Source of the DNA: Centroscyllium fabricii
Taxonomy: Eukaryota
Assembly (NCBI GenBank): GCA_051313645.2
Contig: JBNRSN020000009.1
Location: 65,224,001-65,288,000, forward strand
Direction of reading: 5' to 3'
DNA length: 64,000 bases
In this document: positions 51,401 to 62,676 of the stretch, one piece after another
How the letters are laid out: each line of letters begins with the position of its first letter
Numbering within the stretch: the first letter of the stretch is position 1
Notes under the pieces: generated by a model
The model's database searches: none
Told to the model about the DNA's origin: nothing
What the model saw: only the letters and a program-made list of their open reading frames with translations
Program-made: the position numbers and the translations under genes

Positions 51401-53131
51401 TGCTACCGGTGTCGAACAGGCAGTTAGTGACGTGCCCGTCCACCTTAATCCCCATCATGGAGTTGGACAAGGTGTGCGGCCTAGCCTGATCGACGGTGGC
51501 TGAGGCCGAGGTATATGTGAGAGAGTCGGGGCCCTCCGCTAGCTGGGGCCCCGGCCGGGGCAGTTGGCAAGATGGCCGCTCAGAAGATGGCGGCGCTGGC
51601 AATGCGCCTGTGTCCGGCTGCTGTGGGCAAGATGGCGGCGCCCGTGGTTCGCACGCGGCCGACCGCGGTGGACAAGATGGCGGCGCCCGTGGTTCGCACG
51701 CAGCCGACCGCGGTGGACAAGATGGCGGCGCCAGGGGGGTCGCACATTGCCGACCGCGGAGGATAAGATGGCGGCGCCAGTGGTTCGCACACGGCCGACC
51801 GCGGTGGACAAGATGGCGGCGCCCGTGGTCCGCACGCGGCCGACCGCGGTGGACAAGATGGCGGCGCCGGGGGGTCGCACATGGCCGACCGCTGTTGATA
51901 AGATGGCGGCGCCGGGGGTCGCACATGGCCGGTCGCGGTCGCGTTTGGAGTGGCAGCGCCTGTGCCGCGCGCGCGGCCGGCCTCCGCCGTATAGTTAAAG
52001 GGGATTGAGGCACCCGCGATTTACCCCCGGCTGACCGCTGCTGGGTTGCGCAGCAACACCGTACCTGGAGCCATGGAGTGGCATCGCTGTTCTCACAGGC
52101 CGCGCTGTTGGGTCTGGAGGTGGAGGCTGGGCTGGACTTGCACACCTTCGCGTAGTGCCCCTTCTTCGCGCACCGCTCGCAGTTCGCATTCCTCGCGGGG
52201 CACTGCGCCCACGGGTGCTTCCCTTGGCCGCAGAAGTAGCATCTGTGCCCCGCCGGAGTCTTCGCAGCCGCCGCTGCCATCGTGGGGGTCTCGGCCAGTC
52301 GCTGTGTTGCCCAGGGGTCAGGGGTATCGTGTGGGCCGTGGGCTCCGTACAACTCCAGGTTTCGGAGCGCTCCGTCCACCGCATTGGAAAGAGTTATTGC
52401 GGCCTCGAGCGACAGTGTGTCCTGCTCCAGCAGCCGCTGGCGGGCCTGGCTGGACCTGAGTCCAGCCACATAGGCATCCAGATTAGGAGGTTCGCTTCTT
52501 CCTCCGCCGTCCTTTCCTGGCAGTCACAGGCCCGTGCGAGGGCCTGAAGCGCTAGTAGGAACGGTTCATTGGACTCACCGAGTCGTTGTCTTCTGGTCGC
52601 CAGAACATGCCTGGCATAGACCGAGTGGACCGGGCGCATGTAGCAGTTCTTCAGTTTCTTAACCGCTTCCCCGTACGTCTTGAGGCCGCAGATAAAGGAA
52701 TACACCCGGCCGCTGATCCGTGATGAGAGTACCTGGAGTTTGTCCTCATCACGCGTAGCCTTTACACCCTTCATGCAGGCCGAACCAGTGTTCGAAGTTG
52801 TTAGCAGCATCGGGTGCCTGAGGATCGATGTCGAGGCGATCCGGTTTCACTACGTTACTCCCGATGTTTTAAAATTAAGTGAATAAAATTGACGTATCGT
52901 CAATCAAACACAAAAGACGAGTAATTACCCAAACTACAGGCTTTTATTCACTTACAATGGAGCTAGTCTCCTGTCGAGTTCAAGGCGAGAGTGAGCCCTC
53001 ACCTATATGCTCCCACCTGAGGGGAGGAGTTAGAGGTGTGGCTGACCTGGCCTAGCGTACAATGTCCAGGTGAACACATCAATATATACACTGGTAATAC
53101 ACGGTTAGCACACTACAGGCTTCACACTACA
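48470..53131 (-). mobile_element. Gypsy G3 (3' LTR 48470-48780; 5' LTR from 52890 to about 53112-53131), probably chimeric
   Basis: CCHC knuckle CERCAKKGHYAKVC, LFDTGSTES, LDAYPLPRI, IKNDKILRWRIELS, integrase with internal deletion; PPT AAAGAAGGGGTGAA. Confidence 0.93.
51568..51930. repeat. 45-46 bp tandem array (7 units plus 2 degenerate) in the G3 gag-protease linker
   Basis: Unit approximately caagatggcggcgcccgtggttcgcacgcggccgaccgcggtgga. Confidence 0.92.
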
Positions 53132-53722
53132 AAAGTAGAGAAGTTATGCTGAACCTTTATAAAGCCCTGGTCAGGCCACAACTGGAGTATTGCGTCCAGT
53201 TCTGGTCACCACACTTTAGGAAGGATGTGAAGGCTCTTGAGAGGGTGCAGAGGAGATTTACCAGAATGGTTCTGGGGATGTTAGCTACAAGGACAGGTTG
53301 GAGAAGCTGGATTTGTTTTCATTGGAGCAAAGGAGGTTGAGGGGTGATTTGATAGAGGTGTACATAATTATGACGGGTTTGGATAGGCTAAACGGGGAAA
53401 GGCTGTTCTCACTAATTGGTGGTACAAGGACTAGGGGACACATATTTAAGATTTTGGGCACGAGATACAGGGGGAATGTGAGGAAAAACTTCTTTACGCA
53501 GCGAGTGGTGAGGACCTGGAACTCGCTGCCAACATAAGTGGTGGTAGTGGACACACAATGTTTTCAAGGGGAGACTGGATCTGCACTTAAGGGAAATAAA
53601 CTTGCAGGCCAACGGGTGTAGAGTGGGGCAATGGGACTGACTGGATTGCTCTAGAGAGCGCTGGCACGGAATCGATGGGCCGAATGGCCTCCTTCTGTGC
53701 CGTTATGACTCTCTGACTCTAA
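53132..53722 (+). mobile_element. CR1 3' end
   Basis: [29 protein letters not shown], tail atgactctctgactct. Confidence 0.9.
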
Positions 53723-54447
53723 AGGCCCCATCTGCCCTCTCGGGTGGACTTGAATCTCAGATTCTGTGGCACTTGCCTTGATGTTGTGAAAGGTGCTACG
53801 TTAATGCAAGTTCTTTCTTTTAAACTCCACCAGAACGTATGCATACACAGTTGAGGGTTCTTTCATCTTGGCTCCTGCCAACCTGCGGCTACGCTCTCCG
53901 AATGTCGATAAATTAGGCTGTCCTTAGGAGCACGCCAGGTCAGCAAAAAAACTACCAGTGCAAATTTCTCAGTGGCTTGGTTTGAAGACACTTCAGCATA
54001 TACTATATAGGTTACTATGATTTCAGACACCCAGCTGTCAAATAAGCAATTTATAATGAAAGGGCTTCAGTCTAAATGTCAATATGTTCATTTTTTTCAG
54101 AAGCTGTTTAGCTGTTGTGTATTTCCAGCATTTTATTTTGAGAATTCTGCAAATACTTATCCTCAGAAAACCATTCAGGGGTGCTTTATTTCTGGGCCAT
54201 TGCAAAATCACCCTATGCTGTAGCTAAAATTGGTCTGGGCTTGAGATGAGTGAGGTTTTCCCTCGTTAGGCTAGGCTTCCTCCCCAGGCCTAGCTTGATG
54301 ACTCACTATTCCCATGTTTCCACATGGTCTTTTTTTCTCTATGTTTGCAGCTGTCCCTCAAACTTTTTTCTTATTAATTCTGCAGTCAGCCAGTCATTCA
54401 AATAATTTCTACCCAGGTTGCCTCAGAAACACCATAAAAATTTGATA

Positions 54448-54735
54448 CAGGTATACAGTCCCCTACCCACAATTCCGAAATTCGAAAAGCTCTGAAAACC
54501 AAAAGTTTTTTCGTGGAGCATCACTCGTGTGCACGATTTGACCCACGCAGGTGTGAGGCGTCAGTTGTGTCTCAGCGCTGCTAGCAGTCACATGTGCTTC
54601 TGCTGCGCTCTGATATTTTTTGTTATTTTGTGATTTTGAGTTTAATTTCACTGTGAAGATATCAAAAATCCGAAAAATTCGAAATTCCGAAACACATCTG
54701 GCCCCAAAGGTTTCGGATAAGGGGTTGTGGACCTG
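54448..54735. mobile_element. TA-flanked MITE (pogo/Tigger-like)
   Basis: TA|CAGGTATACAGTCCC...GGGGTTGTGGACCTG|TA; internal TCCGAAA repeats. Confidence 0.75.
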
Positions 54736-55119
54736 TAATAGCATCGAGGTCCTCAGAAGAGCATAGAGGCAGTGACCATAAAGACACAGCTAAGGGAGGC
54801 TGGTCACTTAGACTGAACACCAGATACTAGACCACCCAAGAAGGTATTCTTCAGTGTGCTGAAACTTGGTAAACGCTTTCGTGGTGGCTAGCTTAAAGGA
54901 TTTAAAGATTGCCTAAAGACCAATCTAAAGAAAAATGTGCCTTTCAACTGACATGGGAGCATGATGCTTGTGACAGGAAAAAGTGGCAAAAGATGGTTCA
55001 CCAGCACAACAAAGCAAGTTGTATCCAGCTAGCCAAAGAAGACAGAGCCCAAAGCAAATGAAGGAACAATCAGTCCTTCGGTCAATGTGAGATCCGACGT
55101 CCTGTATGTGGGTAAACAT

Positions 55120-55305
55120 TCCTTGCAAATATCAGATTGTGGATGCTGGGTCAATTGAAATTTTAATGACTGATAGATAGATTTTTGTTAGGGAAGGATA
55201 TCAAGGGATGTGGATCAAAGGTGGCTAAATAGAGTTGAGGTCCAGATCAGTCATGATCTGATTGAATAGCAGAACAGGCTTTTGAGGCTGAATAGCCTTT
55301 CCTGT
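55120..55305 (+). mobile_element. CR1 3' fragment
   Basis: gatagatagattttt...tcaagggatgtgga...cagatcagtcatgatctgattgaatagcagaacaggc. Confidence 0.7.
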
Positions 55306-57997
55306 AACACTAACACTTAGTGCATGAAATTAGTTTATACCTGTAGTCTTAGCCCCACGCATCACTCACCTGCATGGAGATGCCTGGCAAATGCAGAAAT
55401 TGTTGGAGCCAAAAAACACAAATCTAAACATCTGTTGGTTTTGCAGGTGAACGGTGATGACATGGTTCTGTCGATCAGGCTGGAAGCAGCCGCTGCATTT
55501 GCTTAACAATCAAATAGATACCAAAAGTGAACCATGACAAGATGATAGGATTCAGGATTGTGCCTCCAACATCTGGAAACCCACCAATAAGTCAAAGGGA
55601 ACAAAATCACAATATGAATCAGTCACTGGTCTCAACAGATTGAGGTTGGTTACTCAGTAACTGGAGGGTTACAGGTACAGGCTCATTTCTTGCCACTTCA
55701 TGACACCATCTGCTCATACTTTAGTGGGTTGCACAATCACACCGCCCGTGGATTCACTTCTATTTTGTCTGTTTCCAAAGGAAACAAAAAATATTGTTAA
55801 AAACTGGACCCTAACTTGATTTAATTGGGTACTCTTACTCTGTAGGTTATGCCCTCAGTACATAATGTTAAGACTCTGATGCATGCACCCACGAGCTCAT
55901 ATCTGATAAAGTTCTATTTATGGAATGATTGAAAACGAGCCATCGTCCCTCTGAGACATGTACTGGAACCTAAATAAACACAGCCGCACTAACAATTCAG
56001 ATCAAATAATAGAATTCAAATGTTCCAGTCTTACTCATTAGTTCATTAAAGTAGCACTAATCCATATATAAACTATTTACTGGTTATGTCTTTATTGTTA
56101 AACGATTCAGCTTCATATGAGGAGAAATTATCACACTGTTGTGTATCATACTAGTTCTGGTTGAAGCCCAGCATTTTCAGTCATCAGTCATTTTTCATGC
56201 ACCCATCAAAAAATCCGTCATGCATATTATAGATTCATCAAAATGTAAACTATTCCAATAGTTGCATCCTTTATTATTGTGGAAGTGATTTTGTTTTTCA
56301 GTCAGCTTAAATTGCAATGAATTATTTTGTATGGGTTATTTGAACGTATGTTCTTTCCTTCAGATAATATTTACCAGATAAAATAGAGAGGGGAATCCAC
56401 AGGTGGTGTGAATGTGCAACCCACTGAAGTATGAGCACATGGTGCCATGAAGTGGCAAGAAATAAGCTTGTACCTGTAACCCTCCAGTTACTAAGTTACT
56501 AATGGCAACTGTCTTGCTAATGCCAAGCTGTATACCTCCTATGTGGAAATCATTTAGTAGCAAATCAGAATCTATGTTAGTGAGAATGAGAAAACCATAA
56601 AAAAATAAAAAAATAAAACTTAAATGTTTAATGTAACACCTTTTCAACTGTTTCTTTTTCAAACCTGCTTCTCCATTTAATGATAATGCAGACATATTTC
56701 AAGATGTCCTCTTTGTAATAATCAGTTTATAGATATTCAAAAACAACTTTGTAAACAAATTGCCACATCAAGTATGCATAGTAAAGGATAGAATATTGGG
56801 TCATATCATAATTTCTCTGGAAAGTACATATATTGTACTTTATCAGCAGTAAATTATGTAATTCCTTATTCTTTTCAAATTAAACAAACCTAAAGAAAAG
56901 TATGGTTAGTTTAATATTAAACACTAGTATGTTGCATTTAACTACAGTTCACATTAAGCTAAAATGAATCTCCCTACTCAACATTTTAACTGTACCATTG
57001 CATTTCAATTTAAATGCATAAGTCCATCGCTTAATTCAAAGAGACTAAAAACAAGTAAACAAATGTTTAAAAATATTTTCACTAAAAGAGTTTCAGCCAT
57101 TTTAACAATTGGCTACAAGTTATTTTTCCACTGAGAATGCAAGAGTGGCCTCTATCGTGTAATCTGTGGAAGAGCACTAAAGATATAGGCACAAATCATC
57201 AAAGTACTAAGATTTGAGAGCACACCATATTTATTGCAGAGATAAATTAAATATAATCAAATCATTCATTTGCCAAAGTGCAAGAAACATGATAAGTATG
57301 CTCACAGGACGTCAGCGACCTAAATAGCATCAGTGTGATGCTCAAAATAACAACTTGCTACAGAAATAGTCGCATTCAATTCATTTATTAAATCGGATCT
57401 CAACATTTCAAATACATACACTGTATTTGTGATGCTTGATCATATTAAAATAACAATTATCTGTTTACCTGTGCTTGGCTAAGTCAGAAGGTTGTTGCAG
57501 ATTCATTAGCATTCCATCATAAGCTGCTTGTGCAGTTGCAACAACTCACCATTCAGAGAGGGTCAAATATGGGATGGTTCCACTGCAGAACTCAGCTGGT
57601 CCAGGTGAGATAAGTTGGAATGGAGGGTGGGGGGGCGGTGATCCTGGGGAAGGGCCACGGAAGCATTAATGCTCCTCCTGGCCCCACAAACATAATTTAA
57701 AAAACCTTTTTTGAAACTTTTTCCGAGCACTCCTTTAGGGACGATACAAGAAAAATGGGATTAATACCCAACAAGAATATTCATAAAGTGCTCTGGGCAC
57801 ACCCTTAACCTTTCACCTTAACACCTCATCAAGAACTGTCCGAGGTTTACCACCTAGTTTATGCCCACGGGTTAATGATGCCTAAATGTAGCTCACTGAA
57901 CTGACTTACGTAAACACTGGATTGTATCAACACTTACACTACTGACCTCTCATCAGTAGCTGCACAAGCTACTGAGCAAATTAATTAGCCCTTCCAT

Positions 57998-58695
57998 CAA
58001 CAACAACTTGTATTTATATAGCACCTTTAACCTAGTAAAACATCCCAAGGCACTTCACAGGAGTGTTATAAAACAAAATTTGACACCATGCCACATAAGA
58101 TGATATTAGGGCAGATGACCAAAAGTTTAGTCAAAGAGGTAGGTTTTAAGGAGCTTAACACAGAAACACAGAAGATAGGAGCAGGAGTAGGCCATTTGGC
58201 CCTTCGAGCCTGCTCCGCCATTTTTTTTTGGATGAGATCATGGATGATCATCCAAACCCAGCAACCCCTCCCACCATATCCACCGACACCCCCAACTCTA
58301 AGAACTATATCTCACACACATACTCAGGGGAATTTTTAGTATCTCGAATTTCACCTAAGCAAAGGAGGAAAGAGAGGCGGAGGGGTTTAAGGAGGTAACT
58401 CCAGAACTTAGGGCCTTGGCAGCTGAAGGCACGGCCACCAATGGTTGAGCGATTAAAATCAGGGATGCTCAAGAGGCCAGAATTAGTGGAGCGCATATAT
58501 CTCATAAGGTTGTGGGGCTGGAAGAGATTACAGAGGCCATGGAGAGATTTGAAAACAAGGATGACATTTTGAAATCAAGGCATTGCTTAACCGGGACCCA
58601 ATGTACGCTAGCACAGGAGTGATGAGTGAAGGGGCAGCAGAGCTTTGGGTGACCTCAAGTTTACAGAGGGTAGAACGTGGAAGGCCAGGCAGGAG
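57998..58695 (-). mobile_element. L2-type LINE 3' fragment with a nested CR1 tail (about 58158-58300)
   Basis: caacaacaacttgtatttatatagcacc tail; peptide STIGGRAFSCQGPKFW. Confidence 0.75.
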
Positions 58696-61600
58696 TGTGG
58701 GGTAAACCACCATGTTGTATATATTGTATAATTTCTCCCCCTTGTGTCTCCTCCTTGTAATTACAGTGCCTGTATATAGTTTGTGACTTCTTGTCTGGGA
58801 GGACTCAGCTCCCCTTCCAGGCTCCACCCACGTACCTGGATATAAATCTGCATGCACACTCTTTCGCTTTCACTTTAACCGTGAAGATCGCCTAGACCTG
58901 TAGTAACAGTTCCAAGCTAATAAAAGCCTCAGTTGCATCAAACCATCGACTGGTTGTAATTGATTGTGCATCAATTTTATTAGCTTAGTTTTACTGGAAA
59001 AGTTTCCTGTGGAAGATGGAAAGGTTTCTGAGACCCGACCAACGAGAACTCATCCCCCGATCAGCAGGCACTGAGCGGGCCTTTGCGCACTGGGTCTCTT
59101 GCTCCGAGTCCTTCCTTTAAGAATCCCGCGACACTGTGAACACAGAACAGCGAAAACTTAAAGTCCTGCGAGCTCGAATCAGCCCAGAACTCTTCAGTTT
59201 AATCAAGGGCGAAACGACCTACACGAACGCTATGGACATTTTAAAAGCTCGCTTCATAGCCCCGATGAAAGAGGTCTACTCTAGACACCTCTTACTGAGC
59301 AGAAAACAGCAGCCTGGTGAGTCATTTGCAGACTTTATGGCAGCGTTGCGAACAGTCATGCGCGCCTGCAATTGCAAACCGTTGACTGTCAACCAGCACC
59401 AGGACTTAATCCTCAGGGACGCCCTTGTGGCAGGACTCCGGTCCACATATACCCTCCAGCGGCTGCTGGAGCAGGGTAATATAGACTTAAGTACTGCCAA
59501 AGCGCTAGCCGAATCGCTGGAAGTGGCACACGCCCAGGTGGAGGCATGTGACCAGCAGGGATCGCGGGCGCAAGCATCATGGGCGGGTGAATCGACCGCC
59601 GCTGTGCCCCCGCCCACATCCGCGGTGGCAGCCCGACCCCAGAGGTGCTATTTCTGCGGGCAGGCTAAACACCCCAGGCAGCGCTGCCCTGCGAAAGAAG
59701 CACTGTGCTCCAGCTGCAAAAAGGACGGACACTATGCAGCAGTCTGCAGGAGCAAACCCCTCCCCCCGGGCAGCGCGTGTTTCCACAGAGCAGCCATCTT
59801 GCAGCAGCCAGAACTCCCCTCCACATGGCGATCGTGGGGCCAGCCTGTGATAAACCCGTTTATCATAAGTATTATATGTATATAGTTAACTGACATGTAT
59901 TGATGTGTATTGATGTAATACCTGTACAGTAATACGATTACTGGGACATGCCCAGGTTGGCTCCACCCACGACTCCTCCCTCCCTGGAGGAGGTATATAA
60001 GTGGCTGCCTCCCATCCCCCGGCCATACCTGGGGACAGTCGACTAGCTGGTGTATGTCCCAGCTTGTAGTCAATAAAAGCCTAATTGTTTCTTCATCTAA
60101 CTACTCGTCCACGAGGTCGTTATTTCAGGTCACAATTTTATTGACTACAAGCTGGGACATACACTAGCTAGTCGACTGTCCCCAGGTACGTGTACTTCCT
60201 CAACATAATTGATGAGTACTCCCGCTTCCCCTTTGCCATCCCCTGCCCAGACATGACCTCCGCCACCGTCATCAAAGCCCTCAATAGTATCTTCTCCCTG
60301 TTCGGCTATCCCAACTATATCCATAGTGACCGGGGGGCGTCCTTTATGAGCGACGAGCTGCGCCAGTTTCTGCTAGCCAAAGGCATCGCGACTAGCAGGA
60401 CTACCAGCTACAACCCCCGGGGGAACGGACAGGTAGAGAGGGAGAACGCCACTGTCTGGAAGGCCATCCTGCTAGCCCTACGGTCTAAAGGCCTCCCAGT
60501 CTCCCGATGGCAGGAAGCCCTCCCTGAAGCGCTCCACTCTATCTGGTCCCTCCTGTGTACCGCCACTAATGCCACCCCTCACGAAAGACTTTTTGCCTTC
60601 CCCAGGAAGTCAGCTTCCGGGACCTCGCTACCATCGTGGCTACTATCCCCGGGACCGGTCCTGCTACGGAAGCACGTGAGGGGGCACAAGGCAGATCCCC
60701 TGGTCGAACGGGTCCACCTCCTGCACGCCAACCCCCAGTACGCCTACGTGGCGTACCCCGACGGGAGGGAGGACACCGTGTCCATAAAGGACCTGGCACC
60801 AGCGCGAGTCCCCAAACCCAGCCCCGCCCAGCAGCCCAAGCACCCAAGAAGCCCCGCTCAGCAGCCCGCGCACCCAAAACGCCCTGTTACGCTCCCCCAG
60901 CCACCGGCGCCAAGGTACGCTCCCCGGCACGTGGACCCAGTACCCCAATACGCCCACACGGCACCTGCGAGCAGCACGGCATGGCCTCCAGCTTGGCTCC
61001 ACAGCGCGCGCCCCCTAGAGTCAGAGGACGAAGGAGAGAGCGCGCCCCCTGCTGTCAGAACAAGGGCACCACCACCCAGAAGAAATATATCAACGACCAC
61101 CGCTCGCCAACCGGCACCGGCACCACCACAACAACCGACCCGGCCAGCCACCCCGCGACCACGGACACCACCAGCGGTGCGACGATCGACGAGGATCACC
61201 AGACCGCCGGAGCGACTTAACCTATGATTAAAGAACTTTTTCTTTTCACCCTGCCGGACTTTTGTTGGATTAAAGAACTTTTTTCTTTCACCCCGCCGGA
61301 CTTTTGTTTTAAAGAAAGGGTGAATGTGATAAACCCGTATATCATAAGTATTATATGTATATAGTTAACTGACATGTATTGATGTGATACCTGTACAGTA
61401 ATACGATTACTGGGACATGCCCAGGTTGGCTCCACCTATGACTCCTCCCTCCCTGGAGGAGGTATATAAGTGGCTGCCTCCCATCCCCCGGCCATACCTG
61501 GGAACAGTCGACTAGCTGGTGTATGTCCCAGCTTGTAGTCAATAAAAGCCTAATTGTTTCTTCATCTAACTACTCGTCCACGAGGTCGTTATTTCAGGTC

Positions 61601-62676
61601 ACACAGCCATTTTGAATTGGGTGGCCATCTTGAGCCCTCCTCCCCTCCACATGGCGATCATGGGAGCAGCCATTTTGAATTGGGCGGCCATCCTGAGTCC
61701 TCCTCAGCCGCATTTAACTGTGGGCGCCGCCACGTTTAACCCGGACGTACCCAGCACGGAATTGGCCAGCATCACCCGCCTCTACAGGCAGCGACCTACA
61801 AGAGGACCTGCAACTCCCACAACTCGCCTCGATCACCCTGGATCAGACCCGACCTCATCAACTTGCACGATCTACCATGGATATTGAAGTAAACGGCCGT
61901 GCGGTTAACTGCCTATTTGACTCGGGGAGTACTGAAAGTTTTATACACCCGGACACGGTACGGAGGCTTTCCCTCACTGTACTCCCCGCGCGCCAGCGTA
62001 TCTCACTGGCTTCCAACACAGCGACTGCGGAAGTCGGTGGTCTCTGCGTAGTTACACTTAAGGTGCGGGGTACTGTGTATAGCCGGTTTAAACTGTTCGT
62101 CCTTCCCCCATCTCTGCACTGCCGTCCTGCTAGGCCTCGATTTCCAAAGCCACCTCGACAGCGTCATCATGAAATACGGTGGCCCCCTCCCCCCATTGAC
62201 CGTCTGTAGCCAGCAGTTTTTACAACGTAAGCCCCACACTGTCTGCAGCCTTTTGACTCTCAAGGTCGCCCCCCCTCATTATTTGCTAACCTAACCCCCA
62301 ACTGCAAGCCCATCACTACCAAAAGCAGGCACTACAGCACGGGGGACAGACTGTTCATTAAGTCGGAGGTCCAGCGACTCCTGAGGGAGGGGAACATCGA
62401 GGCCAGCAACAGCCCCTCGAGAGCCCAGGTTGTGGTCGTCAAGACCCGCACCAAACACCGCCTGGTCATCGACTACAGCCAGACGATCAAGCGCTTCACT
62501 CAATTGGACGCACACCCGCTGCCCCGCATCTCCGACATGGTCAATGAGATTGCGCAGTACAGCGTGTTTTCTTCAATTGACCTTAAGTCGGCGTATCATC
62601 AGCTCCCCATCCGCCCTGGAGACCGTAATTTCACCGCCTTTGAGGCGAACGGCCGCCTCCATCACTTTCTTAGGGT
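58696..62676 (+). mobile_element. Gypsy G4 (5' LTR 58696-58973, gag, protease, RT start), interrupted by G5 and G6
   Basis: TG..CA LTR with TATAAA at 58841 and AATAAA at 58919. Gag knuckle CSSCKKDGHYAAVC, LFDSGSTES, IDLKSAYHQ. Confidence 0.92.
59846..61603 (+). mobile_element. Gypsy G5, internally deleted (LTRs 59846-60134 and 61325-61603), integrase core ORF only
   Basis: 5-bp TSD CAGCC at 59841-59845 and 61604-61608; near-identical LTRs. ORF 60190-61227 IDEYSRFPF..HSDRG..GNGQVERE; PPT AAAGAAAGGGTGAA. Confidence 0.95.

Noticed and set aside
57466-57610. Possible minus-strand exon ending CAG|GTAAAC
   Set aside because: In-frame stop just upstream, no clear acceptor and no recognisable peptide.
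61226-61308. Roughly 43-bp tandem duplication before the G5 PPT
   Set aside because: Simple local duplication with no evident function.
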